Position numbers and translations under genes: made by a program. DNA of 58,605 nucleotides, filler included, from Sphacelaria rigidula (Eukaryota): the NCBI GenBank assembly GCA_964200075.2. It is 4 parts of 4 records of this genome, joined end to end, with 100 filler letters (N's around TTAATTAATTAA, not from the genome) between each part and the next. Parts side by side here need not be neighbours in the genome. Positions count along the whole stretch, not along the records: positions 1 to 14,579 come from CAXNAA020002168.1; 3 more parts are not named here. One strand, written 5' to 3'. Numbering within the stretch: the stretch's first letter is position 1; every line of letters starts with the position of its first letter. Positions 1 to 13,246 of this stretch are shown here, piece by piece. Below the pieces are notes generated by a model. The model did no database searches and was not told the DNA's origin. It saw only the letters and a program-made list of their open reading frames with translations.

Positions 1-50
1 ATGGTCGAACGACTAAGGCAAGCAACAAATGAGTACACCCCCCCCCCCCT
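1..50 (+). mobile_element. 3' terminus of a LINE family copy with poly(C) tail, cut by the contig start
   Basis: ATGGTCGAACGACTAAGGCAAGCAACAAATGAGTACA followed by a C run matches the 3' end of the LINE at 20868-24010 and the copies at 13052-13246 and 55831-56120. Confidence 0.8.
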
Positions 51-263
51 TTCCTTCTGCAGAATAAGTCTTCTACTAGAGGTTTGTACAAAACACCAGT
101 GCAATAAGGCGCACTGTTGTTCATAGCCAGCCGCTGTTCCTGGCCTGAGCTCCTACCAAGCTGACACGCTGCTGCTCCTATTTTTCAGTATCGATTGTAC
201 GCGACGGTTGTATCTCTCCTTCACGAAATTACGGAACTAAGTACAGACCGTGTTAACACAGTG

Positions 264-1201
264 TGATAACGGACGTCTGTACCGAACTTTGGATTGTTCC
301 GGCACTTTACCTCCGTTGCTCAAGCGACCTTGTTGTTGTTGTAGCTTCTTCGTTGCTTCTGGCTACTTTGTTCTTGTTGTCCCCTTGTGTACTTCGCACC
401 GCCGTAAGGCAACGCGGTACATCGCCGTGGAAAGTAACAATACACAGCACAACGTACTGTGAGTTTTTTCTCCTTTGAAAACTTCCCGAACGAACAACTT
501 TATTGTTCCAAGACGGATTCGTTGATATACTACGAGTTGAAACATTTTAACCTCCGGTACGTGCTCATTTGAACAGACAGCACTCGAAATCGGTGCTCCT
601 TGCCTGTGCACTACAAATTTTTCGGCACCCGCTCCCAGCGTTGCCCCTGTTGTGCATTACATCACGTTTGTTCCACACACATACGTTGTCTCAGCTTCGT
701 TGGATAACAAGCCTTAGCTCTGCACTAGGCAGTCCGAGTTCGCGGTCTACAACCAAAGCTTTGAAAAAGCTTTTGTGCTGCCTTACGCTGCACAATGTTC
801 GTGCGCATCTGGAAAATATATCTGTATCTTTAGTTCTTTTCATTCGCACACCGCCAGTCGTTCCTCAACTTGTGCTGGGATCATACAGTTTTAGTCCACC
901 CGTGACGCTACATCCGGAACACGTGTAAGTTGTTCTTCAACGTACTAACGCTGCTACAGACACTCGGGTCTTCGCTTGTCTTCGGCGACATACGCCTGTT
1001 CTGCGCACAATCCCGTGCTAGCTATTACCGCCACAACTTCAATAAAGTTTTATGAACCAGACCCTGATATAGTTGTTACAAACCGAAATTCGCTTGAATA
1101 AATTACTCAAGTAAATCAGGTCCTGCGGTCCCCTCTGGCGCTATTAGGCTTCATTATCCAGTATTTTCCGGATCAAGCTTCGGCTTCTGTACGTAGCATC
1201 A
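264..1201 (+). repeat. Putative 5' LTR of element 1 (left boundary uncertain)
   Basis: Ends in ...CATCA, followed by 2 nt and TGGTGTCACG (PBS-like); contains AATAAA at ~1041 and ~1098; a TGAT start at 264 would pair with ATCA. No second LTR is present to confirm it. Confidence 0.4.
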
Positions 1202-1203
1202 CC

Positions 1204-1218
1204 TGGTGTCACGCTCCT
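1204..1218 (+). promoter_or_regulatory. Putative tRNA primer-binding site (TGGTGTCACG..., tRNA-Leu-like)
   Basis: TGG begins 2 nt after the CA end of the putative LTR and ~80 bp upstream of the gag ATG at 1287. Confidence 0.45.
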
Positions 1219-1286
1219 TTGAATAGAGCCGCAGACCAGACATACTGCACCTTCCTTTTGAAGCACAAAGGCCGCGTACGCTCATC

Positions 1287-4200
1287 ATGTCGCACAAAAA
1301 TAACGCTGGCTCTTCCCCTCAATTGGGAACCCAACCGCTTCGCCGGACCCGGAGTCAAACTCCTGGCGGTTCAAAATCTTTCAAGATGAGCGGCACGCCA
1401 CCTTCAACACATCGCCGCACGTATGCGAGCGTTGTTCGTTCTTCGGGATCTGAAGACCAACATTCCAGCGAAGCTCATTCTTCAACACTTGAAGACCAGA
1501 CTTTGACGCCGAGACCTGTTCTCTCACGTTCCGACTCGGACTCAGAGAACATGGTAGTGCACCCGGCCGAGTCATTGGTTCCTGACGCGCATGTCAGTGA
1601 GCCCATAACGGTGGATTCCGTCGCACAGCCCTCGCTGGCCCCTGCTCCCCTGAATCCCAATGTGGAATCCGGAGTTAGGATTGTGCCCTCAGTCGAGTCG
1701 TTGCCCCTGGACACACGTGTCCAGCTTGGCCCTGCCACGGTTGAAGCAACCGTGGCACCCCGTCGCTTGACGGCTGACAACTCTCGAGACGATTCTGTCC
1801 CGACGAAGCGCATCGCTTCTGGAGCAAGAGACTTTGTCACACGGGCTGCTTCCGTTACGGACCCCCTTCGCACGACTCTTGATAGTCCCATGCGCCCTAC
1901 TGCGCAGTCCAATGTCGGACCTGCAGTTGCGGCCATGCATGCTGCCATGCAAACTCTGCATCGCACCTCCTCGGCGTCATCGCCAGCGCCAGCGCCAGCT
2001 CTCATCGAGGCATTTACGGCTTTTTGCCACGCCACGCTCCAAGATCAGTCGGCGTCTGCTCATGTGCAATTCAATGATGATTCTGCACCTGCCACGCCCA
2101 AACCCGTACGTCTGGCGACCTGTTCGGCGACATTGCGTCCTCCGTTCGTCACTCATGACAAATTCAACGAACATGAGTCCAGCCCTTCCTCAACGTCGCA
2201 GCAGAGCCATACTCGCGCTTCTGACCGGCGCCGCACACCGAGACTTGGTCATGACCATGTCTCCCGTTCTAGCAGTTCTAAGGGCCAATCCCAGCAAAAC
2301 TTGAACTCATCGCGCGCTTCCACACGCCCGAAGAATATCGCTCATGAACACAAATATGAAGGTAGTTCGCGCCTTAGTTCCAACTCATCCCGCGCTCCTA
2401 AGCGCCCGGTGAACACTAACCATGGCCGTACTCACGACGATGCCTTGCGACCCAGATCAAGTTCTTCGCGCGTTAACTCGCGCTTGAACAACTCCGATCA
2501 TGCACCTTCGCGCATCTCTACTGCTCAGCCTTTGTCGCACAACCGTTATGTACGCAATGATAACACTCTGCATGCTGAAAATATCCAAAACATATTTTCG
2601 GACATGTCACCGGCTCCGGAATCCTCACTTGCAGAATCCGACCGCACTTCATCGCAAAACCCACGACGACGCACTGACCGCGAACCACCGTCCCGTTCCG
2701 TCGCTGGGCTTGTTCTCTGCAACAACGTTTGACAGATCTCGAACGGCAACTCGCAACAGCAACCATGAACACCAAGTTCACTACCGCTGCTGCCAAGCCT
2801 ACGAGGGAGACCACCAACGTCGCTCCCACTACCGCCGCAGCCGCCACTACCGTGGTCACTGCCCCTTCTACCGCAGCCACTGCAGCCACGGCCCCAACTC
2901 CTGCTACCGCCCAGCCTGCAGTAGACACTGATGCGGATAGTGGTCCCACCACTGCCGCTGTCGGGGACGTCTCCGTGCGCTCGCCTCCTTCGGTGGAGGA
3001 TCTTCCTCCGCTCGGCGACGAGCATTGCCCGACCGGGCTTCTCTTGAGATTATTCCAGGACCGCCCCCACGCGGAACAAGAACAGCTCATTCAAGACTAT
3101 AAGTACCAAGCCCCGGCGCTCGCTCGCAATATACTAGACCAGCAACGCAATGCTGACGAGGCTGCCGCCCGCCTCCTCTTGGAGGAACATGCTGCAAAGC
3201 TGAAGGGTTTTCAGCGACAGGCTTCACTTGCCCAAGTCACCAAGACGGCGGCGCACAGGGCATTGCACGAAGGGTAGACTGCAGCCTTGACGGCACAAGG
3301 GAGGGTTCGCGATCTACAAGATCATGTTCGGCACACTACGCAAGAAGTAGATTCGTCGATGGCGCGGGTGACTCAGCATCAAGCCTCCCCGCCGCCTTCC
3401 GCCGACCACTTGCTTGAAACTCGACCTCCTCGACAGCCCACGAACATCAGGTCGGACTACGTGAAACCACATAAGTCCGACAGGGCGTCATCTGTCGCGG
3501 CCGTCGCCGCCCCCACGCCGCCTCGTGCACCTGGCCCGGCGGTCACTGCCAGCCCTCCCACATGCTTGCAACTTGTGTCTCACGAACGAGACTGGCTTTC
3601 TCGTCCTGTCTCGACCTTTACCGGTCCCTTCGACCGGCAAAACCATCTGCACTGCTCCCCAACCGCATGGGCCTTGATATCCCAACGTATTTTTTACACG
3701 GTTGGGGTGTATGTCGAACAGAACGGCTTCCTCCCCAAGACAGGTGTCTCGGTGCTCACCTTGGGCCAACTAGTTTTGCAGACTACCGTTGGCGATCACC
3801 GGGACCACCACATTTACGTTGAAGCGGTCGAGGAATGTTTTGCGGCGCTTCGCGCTGCCTAAAACACTCATCCCGGCGCTACCCTCAACGGAGACGAAGA
3901 TGAAGATGGGTGGACTCCCGCAACATCCACCTGCCGGGGACAGAAGAAAACTCATGGGCGCGACGACGATGATACCGATGGAGGGAATTCACGCCGCCGC
4001 CATGGCGGTGGAGGATCTTCTTCAAGCTGTTCCGGACCGAACCGCCCACCCCGCAAGCCGAAGGCAAGCACACTGGAGGCAACTCTTCGGGATCATCCGC
4101 ATCGGCCTGGAACCGGTCCGGTGCAGCTCTTCCCGCCTCGGGCTCGGAGACCCCCAGGCAAGTGGTTCCTAAGTTGGCCAATGTTTCGGCCCGCATTTTA

Positions 4201-5722
4201 GGTTTGTCCGATACGGATACACCTGACCGTCCTTTGTCCTCTACTGCAGCCCGCGCTTTAGTAACCGCCGCGGCTGACAAAGAATGTTGGGAAGCTAGCA
4301 AAAATGCAGCTCCCGATAGAGCTGAGTCTGCCCGAGTAGCTGCAATACAAAGACAGTATATTCAGATGGATGTGAAAAAACTATGGCACATAAAAACCAT
4401 GCCTGCCGCGGATAACGAATATTCGGGCCAGATTACTTCTGTCCTCATCACGTCCATCCGACGTCCATCCGACGCACTGTTTCTAACATCCTTCACTTGG
4501 CGGATGTGACTGGCACACAATGTTTCGAAGATTCCGACTGGGTAGAGGGCTGGTAGACCTCCTTGCAGAAAGCAATGCATCGATCGATCAGCCGCCGCTC
4601 TCCCGACCTCGCTGCTTCTCTGACGCAGGTTCTCAACCGACTCCTCGCCGAGATGGACCCGGATCGTGCCAAGGGGAAGACAGGCCCGGTATTACTCTCT
4701 GATTTGGAGAGGCGTCTGATCGGTTACTTCGATAAGAGTGACCAGGCTAGTGCCATCCAGAGGCTGAGTTCCTTTGTTGTCGCCTCTGATGTCCCTTTCG
4801 CGGACCATCTCCGCGAATTCAAGCTTTTGGTTACGGGTACGACGGGAGTCGGACGTCAGAACGGACCGAGTGACGCAATGTGTTAGACTTACGTTCGCAA
4901 TAGCGCTGCTCAACAGTATCCGGCTCTGATGCCGTCGTCGTTTCCGGGTGTCTTGGCGCATCGCAAGGTGCCTTACGCCTCCGTTGACACTATGTGGTCT
5001 GCTCTTGTACACCAAGAAGGTAATGTAACGCCTGCCATACGTGAAAAACCTGCAACGTCTGTGCGTTCACAACCTACGGTTGTGCCCTCCGCTCATGCCC
5101 AAGGGGCTCGCGGCAGGAATTCGAGCTCGTCTCGCGCTTCATGGACCCCCGACTCAGTCGCCGGTTCAGTCATGCATGTTCAGAGTACTAGAGATGCATT
5201 TAGCGCGAGTTTTGACGGTTGGCCGTTTTCCGAGGAAATTTCGGATGATGTTTATTTGACTTCAACAACAGCATTCATAACCGATGACCCCCATTTGTGG
5301 AACCCACTTCTTTCAGCTTCCGGTAGACGTAATGCCTTCAGCAGTCATGCCAACAGTTGCATCAACTGTAGTGTTCAAGGCCACAGCATGCGCGACTGTG
5401 ACAGTCTATGCATCAATGGCTTTGATGTCATGTACCCTGAATTGCAGGACAATGAACCCGCGTGGCGCCGATGGCAAAACGCATGCGCGATTTTCGTCCA
5501 CCAACTCGAAATTACCGCAGCAATTCGAACCAACGTGGCAACAAAAGCTCTCATCGGGGTCGCCGACACAACAACAATCACGGAAGCCCTCGCCAGAACG
5601 ATCAAAATTCTCGCGACAACAAACGTTCCGCTGATAGACACCAGCGGACGGGACCGACACAAAGTTCTACTCCCAACACCAGAAACCCTGGTACCTCCAC
5701 TTCGGATCGCTTAGATCCATGA
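1287..5722 (+). pseudogene. gag: Disrupted gag: long Ser/Arg/Pro-rich N-terminus, capsid-like middle, CCHC zinc knuckle
   Basis: Chain of ORFs 1287-2732, 2729-3277, 3287-3862, 4162-4509, 4563-4886 and 4929-5714; knuckle CINCSVQGHSMRDC at ~5358-5399; basic Arg/Asn-rich tail in ORF 5462-5722. Confidence 0.8.
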
Positions 5723-5825
5723 CGTGCCGACGCCGGCGTTCTTCGGTCTTCCACGCCGTCGATAGCACGAGCGAAGACGTTTTCAACACAGCCCGTGGAG
5801 TCCGTGTCAAATATTGCTCACTGGA

Positions 5826-6013
5826 CTCCCCCGGCACTATCCAGGAGCGTAACTGACGGCCGTTCATATCGACCCCCGTCTTAAACCTTCACACAATTTT
5901 CAACACAGCACGCATAGCCCGCGACTAAGATTATTCGCCCGGCTCTCCCGGCACTATGCAGGAGCGCAACTGACGGCCGTTCGAATCGACCCCCGTCTTC
6001 GTCTCTTCACACA
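5826..6013 (+). repeat. Imperfect tandem duplication (~70-bp core, ~117-bp period) between gag and pol
   Basis: CCCGGCACTAT(C/G)CAGGAGCG(T/C)AACTGACGGCCGTTC(AT/GA)ATCGACCCCCGTCTT occurs at ~5830 and ~5947; a partial third CCCGGCACT is at ~6053. Confidence 0.85.
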
Positions 6014-6203
6014 CCGCGTAACAGTTGTGACACCCCGCGACTCAGACCTACACCCGGCACTGAACTTGGTCCTTTAGTACCGACCGAGTATAAGTCTGAG
6101 GCGTGGGAAGACCAACCGCCAGTCCCTGAGGCAACGGCTTCCCTCAGCGACCGCACGCACAGGTAGCAGCAAGCCTTTTTCAGCTGGTCCAAGTGCTGCT
6201 GAT

Positions 6204-9200
6204 TTGAACCTGACCACATCGGATCATGTAATTCCCAATCAGTTCGACCGGGCTCCTTCCCCGCGAGTTTTAAGACGCACGGACCTACCTTCGGCCGGTT
6301 TTATCAACAACCGCCCCAACATATCTTCGGCTATGCCCCAACAGCCAAACTTGCCTACGGAAAACAGCCCACAGGTTTCGCTCCGTCATGCCCCGATGCT
6401 GACCCCATCCACGCAACTGGACGCATTTGTGGTTTCATCCCCAAATGTTTTGGAAGTTCCCCGACCTTTGTCACTGCAAAAGAGAAAGCCCCGTAAGCAT
6501 GCCCTCAAGGACGCGCGCGCATCATTACGTACACCCCTTTCGAGCGGAAATCCTCGACCTCAATCTCTCCAAAATGCGACGACTTTGAGCTCGACGGCTC
6601 TGTCAAGTATCCCGGAAGAAACAAAATCACATGATTCTGACGGCACTACTTCTTCAATCGACGGCTTTAGCCCCGCACATCCTGTATCCCCCTTTGACGG
6701 TGATCCCTGCCAACCTAAGACGATAATTTACGAAATCGCCAATGACCGTACCACACCTGGAAATAATATACCGTCCACCCCCTTCTCTGGTGAGACATCT
6801 GACCCACCGGCGGATCATCCGCCGTGCATTTTTGCTGTCAGCCCCGCTGATCCTGACCAGTTTACCTTGCCGGAACACGGTCCGGATCTTGTCGGCGGCA
6901 AAATGTCTGTCGATCCGGCCACTTTTACTACTCGCGTTGCGATCCATGCCGGTCCAAACGCTATCACGCCTACGAAATGCGTATCCTTGTTGGACAGCGG
7001 CAGCCCGCAAATGTTTATTCGAGAATCAACATGGAAACACATGAAACAGACCGGCGCTGCTACTGCAGCTTGCGAAACCACCACCAAACCTTGCGTGTGG
7101 GGCGGTTTCGGTGACTCGGCCGCGCCACTGACGACTCGTAAATCCGTACGTCTCAGTGTGCAATTCTTTCACAACACCACTCGATCGGCCAGCCTGGCAG
7201 TCTGGGCATACGTTGTCCCCGACAGCACCATGCATCACGCCATATTATTGAGCAAGGATAGCTATATGCGGTTTAATAAACGCACCTACCGCACGCTTCC
7301 ACCATTAACACCACATTCCCCGCCGCGTGGAGAATTCAACCTCGAGCACTTCGGTACTCTCCACGGCGCCCTGGCTTATCAGAAGAATCCTCAAGCAACC
7401 GGAGCTGCTTACCACCTACGATATAACGGTAGTGTGGGTATAACACTCTCCGACGACCCGCAACTTCTTGAAGTTGCACTAGTTCGCCGAAATGGCATGC
7501 CAGCACTTACGGGCCATTATCTTGCCGAAATGTTAGCCCATATTGGCGCACCAGCCGACACAGAACATTTTGTGTCGGCGGGACAACAACTCCTCCCTCC
7601 TTCGGGACATGCTAACTTGGAACCCGGCGATGGTTTAGGAATTGCCGCTGCTCCCCTGATGCACATCCCCTCGAGACGTGCGTCACAGAGCCTGCCGCAC
7701 CAACTACCACATCCCCGGCGGAGTCAGTACATTGTGTCGATGAACCTTATTTCGATCTTGCCTCTGCTACTCCACCCCAGGTCCACACCGTGGATCCTGC
7801 CCAGTCATATTACGATCCTCCTGCTGAAGTGCTTCAACGCTTATCACCAGATTCTCGGAATAGCTTCTTGCACATGTGGGACTAACTGCCGCCACACATG
7901 CGCGACATCAATTTTGACCTTCATGGGCCCGGCTGGGAACCGGCATCCATCCAAGAACTCAGTGATGTCCTGCTACAGTACGAAGACCGATATTTTTTCC
8001 CGATCCAAGACGGATCTTGGGCATTGCAGAACACTGCCCTTTGAGGTTACCCTCCAACCCGGTGTCCCGACGATCTTTTCTCGGCCATACCATACCGACC
8101 CAATCCTTACCAAGAAAGCCAACGCCATCTTGGATGCGTGTTTGGGAGCGGGACTAATCCAACATTCCTCCTCTCCTTGGGCCTCGCCACTTGTGGTCGT
8201 CCCCAAAAAGGATGGAAACATGCGCATCACCGTGAATTATCAACGGTTGAACTGCGTCACTGTCGTCGGTAAACTTCCAATTCCCCGCATTGATGAAGTC
8301 TTCGACTCCTTAGGCGAAGGCAAAATATTCAGCACCTTCGATCTCGCTTCTGGATTTTTTCAGAATGCTATACACCCTGACAAAGCCCCACTGACTACTT
8401 TTTGCACCTCGTCCGGACTCTATGAGTGGCTCCGGATACCACAAGGCGCCGCCACTGCCCCGGGATGCTTTCAACGCTTAATGCAACGCGTCATCGAGGG
8501 CCTCGAGCACATCATGTACTTGGATGACGCTATCGCTTTCGATGCCTCACCTACTGCACATATACGCACTCTACGAGAATTTCTCTCTCGCCTACGTACG
8601 CACGATATGAAACTGTCTCCATCGAAAGCTCGCCTTGGCGCGACAGACTTGGATTTCTTAGGGCATTCCATTTCGCCAGCAGACCTGCATCCGGATACAA
8701 ACAAAGTCAAGGCGATGACTGATTTGCCGATGCCAACTAACATTCCTCAACTTCGCTCATTGTTGGGTGGGCTATCCTACTACCGCAAATCTTCGCCGAA
8801 TTTATCGAAACGGATTCGCCCCCTTACTGAGCTACTCAAGAAAGGAGCCGTGTTTTCTTCCACCCCAGAATTGGAGACTATCACCCGCGAATTACTCAAG
8901 ACGCTTACCGGAAAACCCGTACTTTGCTGATTGGGAGGCAGTACTAGATGGCTCCCGCCTTTTCCAACTCCATACTGACGCCAGCACAAATGGTTTTGGA
9001 GGAGATTTGAATCAACCCCAGGTTGATGGCTCTGTCCGACCCATCCTTTATATCAGCCGCGCTACCCTGCCCAACGAGGCCAATTGGAGCCCGCTAGAAC
9101 TGGAAGGCGGAGTAATCACTTGAGCCATTAAGCGCTCTCGACAATATCTGTTTCACATGCCCTTCGAGATCTATACGGATCACGGAGCACTTGAACAACT

Positions 9201-11422
9201 CGCTAAGGTTGGTGAACACAACCCTCGTGTACAACGATGGTTGGAATTTAAAACAGCATACCAGTATACCATTAAGCACCGTCCAGGCAAAACCAACGGG
9301 AACGCGGATCTTCTTTCCCGCCTGTCTCTGCCGCCTACGGTCGCAGATTGCAGCCCGGCTTGCCGTTTAACGGAACCCGATGAACCCGGAATTCACGCGA
9401 TCAGACGGTTTTCAACGCCCGTTTACGCCCTCGACCTCCAGTGCCCGGAAACCGGTATGCATATGGGAGGACCTCGCCCTCTACCATATGACGCCGTCTT
9501 GGGTGGGTTAAAGCCCACTACCTCCGATTTTGTCGATTTTCGCACTTTCGGTATTCGCGCGAAACTCTTCGCGGAGATACCCCCAGTCACCCACCTTATC
9601 TCCGACAACACGCGCTCCCGGTCACCGAGTGCCTCGCCGCCACCGACAACACCTGCAAACTCTACGAGCCACCCGACACAAGTTCCGCGGGCCAACACGC
9701 AAAGCTCCGCAAAAACGTTTGCACCGTGCGCCACGCGCCGCGGACAACCTACGCCGCGCACTGAAACAACCCCGCCGCCAATGACGGCGCCGCAAACATC
9801 TTCTGCCCCCGAGCACGGAACTGACGCCTCGTCTCCTGCTCCCGCGACAGATGTTGACGTCGGCATTTCTGCCTCGTCGCCTGTTCCCCCGGCGCCTGCC
9901 CTACCATGTTTGGTCGGCTCGCCAGCGAAGCCAACTACGCGAGTTTTTCGCCAGCTACTCCCACCGTGATTGGGCTCGTGAATGAAACGTAGAACCGCTA
10001 TATCGCGCAGCCATCCAGTACTTACAGTTTGACTGTCCAGTCCCTTTTCCGTCCACACTTCTGGCCCCGGTTGGGACACTGCCACCACTAGTTATTTCTG
10101 ACGTATACGAGCTCGTGCGTAAAGGTACCCTTTTTACTACGGATGAAGGCGTGCAACTACTCGTACGTCGGCCCACGCCCTTGGCAGGTGCAATTGCCGC
10201 CTCAACTACGGGACGCACCGCTCGACTACTCAATGATCAACCAACGCGCATATATGTGCCATTATTAATGCGCCCCCGGGTCATGAAAGGCTGCCATACA
10301 GACTTGTCATGCCACCTTGGTGTCACCCGCACCCTCCCGCTCTTAGACCGCTTCTACTGGTGGGTGGGCATGGATATTTCAACCCGCTTCTGGATTCGGC
10401 GATGCTTTAAATGCCAAGCCCGAAAAACTTCACGACAGACAGTACGCTGCCCCGTGATCTCTATGGGACTCCCCGACGAGCCCGGTCACCTTGCTTCGTT
10501 TGACTACCTCGGCCCTCTCCCGACCACAGGTCGCGGCAACACCTATATCTTACTATTCACTGACCGCTCTAGGCGCCACGCGTCCATGTACGCGGTAACC
10601 GCCGCAGATTTTACTGCCGCCGGAACGGCCGACATACTGGTCCATGATTACATTAAGCACTACGGCTGCCCGAAGCGACTACTTTCAGACAATGGTCGGC
10701 AATTTTGTTCAGACCTCTCGGATGAGCTTTACAGGCTCCTGGGCATCCGCAAAATTGCCACGAGCGCCTACCACCCAAACGGTAACGGTGGTACCGAAAG
10801 AGTTAATCACACCATGGCCCAGATGCTCTCTATGGTTGTCAATGACCGCCAAAATGACTGGGACCTACATCTCTCGCACATCATGTTGTCCTACAACAAC
10901 TCGGTTAATGCCGCCACAGGCGTTTCTCCGAACGAACTCCATCTTGGACGCTACCCTCGGCTGCCTATCACCGTGTTCGAGCGACACACGTTCGACGGTC
11001 ACCAAGGATTGGATCATGATCAGACATCCTACAACGAGCTCGCACATGCACGACATCGCAAAGCGTTCACCCTCGTGCGCGAACACCACGCTATCAATGC
11101 CTCGCGCCTGGAGAGATCTAACACCGCTCTCTACAACCTCATGCACAAACGCCCTGACTGGAAAGTTGGTGATTGGGTTTGGATCTACAACAGCTTGTCG
11201 ACCATCCACCAAGGCACCAGCAAGGCAGCCAACGAAACAATTTTGAAGACAAAATTGTCCCTCAATTGGACAGGACTATTCAAGATCCTGACAGTCGGAC
11301 CTTCGTCATCATCACCGGATGGAAAACCCGTTGATGATAAACTGCTCTATCTCGACTTAACTGGGGATTCTAAAAATATGAGGTTCATCAGTGAAATGAG
11401 GCTTGAAGACCCTAGCCGTTGA
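6204..11422 (+). pseudogene. pol: Disrupted Gypsy pol (aspartic protease, RT, RNase H, integrase)
   Basis: Protease LLDSGS; RT motifs SPWASPLVVVPKKDG, FSTFDLASGF, PQG and YLDD; RNase H LHTDAS, IYTDH and NADLLSR; integrase H-H-C-C (CHTDLSCHLG...CFKC), FDYLGP, LSDNG and GTERVN. Broken by frameshifts (~7690, ~7985, ~8925) and stops. Confidence 0.95.
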
Positions 11423-11999
11423 ATGACGAAAAGCCCTCAGGTGTACCGCACGACACTGCTGATGCGCAATTTTGAGGAGGAGTAGGAAGTGCGTCCGCGG
11501 TTTCACATGCCGCCCATCCCTGGTTAGCTGCGGGCGACGGAGCATAACAACGTTTGTTTGATTGTCGACGGATGGTTTCACTGTTGTTCATCTCGAGGCT
11601 CGTGTCCAGACAAAAAACTCGGGCGTCAAGTTGCTCTCAGTGAGGTCAGTAATGTGCTGTCAGTGACGTGGTGAGGGGATATCACTGCCAACGCAGTGAT
11701 GTGCCGAGCGGATGATTGGGCGTCCACTGCCCTGAAGAATCGACGGCCGATGCCCAACGTGAAAAGTTTATTGCACGACTCAACCGTACTGCAAATATCC
11801 GTCGAGCTTTCCAGTCCGGTTCGAGCATATATGCGGCGGCAATGTCTCTGTCGAAAGAGAAATCGTTGGCATCCACCCCCAAGATCGCTTCGTACGGTCC
11901 CGCCATACACACCATCGCAACACCGCATCATGCTACATGACAGCATCTCGACCCCGCCCTGAACCGTACGTTGGCGCCCGCATCCCGACCTGTATGTGA

Positions 12000-12899
12000 A
12001 CCTATTGCTTTCACTCTCCAACTGCGCCACTACAACTCGAGACTCCAGCGTCATCACTAGTTGCTATTGCCATCACCACCATCATCACCATCGTCATCAC
12101 TTCCAGTATCACAGTCATCATGGTCATCATCGGGGGCTCCCTCGTCCTCCAACCCCTCTCGACCCGTGTCGCGTCTGGCCCTCAGCCACCTTTGCTCGAA
12201 TTCCGATCCACCTACGACCAGATCCACGAGAGTGACCGCGATAGGCTGCTTCGCGGTGAGCCTCCCTTTCCTCTCTTGACTCTCTTGCACACTGGCTATT
12301 ACAACATGCTGCGTACCATCTGCGCCGCCTATCGCAGCGGTAATGTACGAGCCTCTGGGGCCGTTGTGCAGTATTTTCGACCTGATCCCCATCACGACAC
12401 CCTCCCCGCCCGTATCCCATTCCAAATGGTAGAATGGGCACGTGTCTGAGACCTCCAACTACAGGGCCGCTTCCGGCTGGCAGGCTTCCCTGCCGGGTTC
12501 TACGAGGCGCCTGAGTTGTCTGCTCGATGCGACCAAGACCATGCGAACACATTGCTGATGCAGGATTTCTTGAGGTATCGAATCCACAGCCTCTCTAGGC
12601 GTGTTGTATACCCTGTACTTTCCCCACAAGGGAATTTCAGGGTATACGATCTTCTGCTGGCCGAGCTTCGTGATGAGGAACAGCTCGTTCATCTGATTAA
12701 ATGTCGAACGTTACGACCGAAATCAACGGTGGACAAGGTAGAGACGGCCGGCGGCAACGAACATGAGAAAGTCAATTCGGGATACGGAGGAGGGACGGTG
12801 GTTAGAATCAGCGCTCAGACAGGGGTCTCAAAACCACGATGTGTAGTTGTTCCCGAAACCACATGTCCCCCGGGCATCGCGATGTGGACGCGCCCATAA
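12000..12899 (+). pseudogene. Unassigned ORF remnant (~300 codons, one internal TGA at 12447-12449)
   Basis: ORFs 12120-12449 and 12516-12899 share a frame, which is open from ~12000 with only one stop. The antisense frame 12057-12692 is also open except for one stop, so the strand is uncertain. Confidence 0.35.
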
Positions 12900-13051
12900 A
12901 CAGACCCGGAAAAAACTGTTTTTTCACGAAGTGCGGTAAAGCGGGAGGGAAAAATAGTCGATACCACGCAGTAAAAAAAACACTACATCTCCAACGGTGC
13001 ACGAACAAACAAACACGCGCACCCATGTCCCACTTTTTATTTGGACCTCTC

Positions 13052-13246
13052 GGGGGGGTAGGGGGGGGGGGCGTACTCGTTTGTTGCTTGCCTTGGTCGT
13101 TTTACCATTGACCACGCATATTTTTCGAGACGGAGCACCGTTCCTGCTCCTAACATGGACACCTCCAACATTCCGGCGCCCATTACGTTCCTTCAGCAGC
13201 TCACTACGTTTTTCCCATACATTACATAAAAACCCTTTACATATCT
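13052..13246 (-). mobile_element. 5'-truncated LINE copy (last ~175 nt of ORF2 plus C-rich tail)
   Basis: Aligns by eye with 20868-21030; encodes ...RSRNGAPSRKICVVNGKTTKASNK, then the C tract. Confidence 0.85.

Larger units (their letters stand above)
264..11372 (+). mobile_element. Decayed Ty3/Gypsy LTR retrotransposon (element 1), truncated in the integrase C-terminal region
   Basis: Domain order gag (CCHC) - protease - RT - RNase H - integrase; several stops and frameshifts; no 3' LTR seen. Confidence 0.93.
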
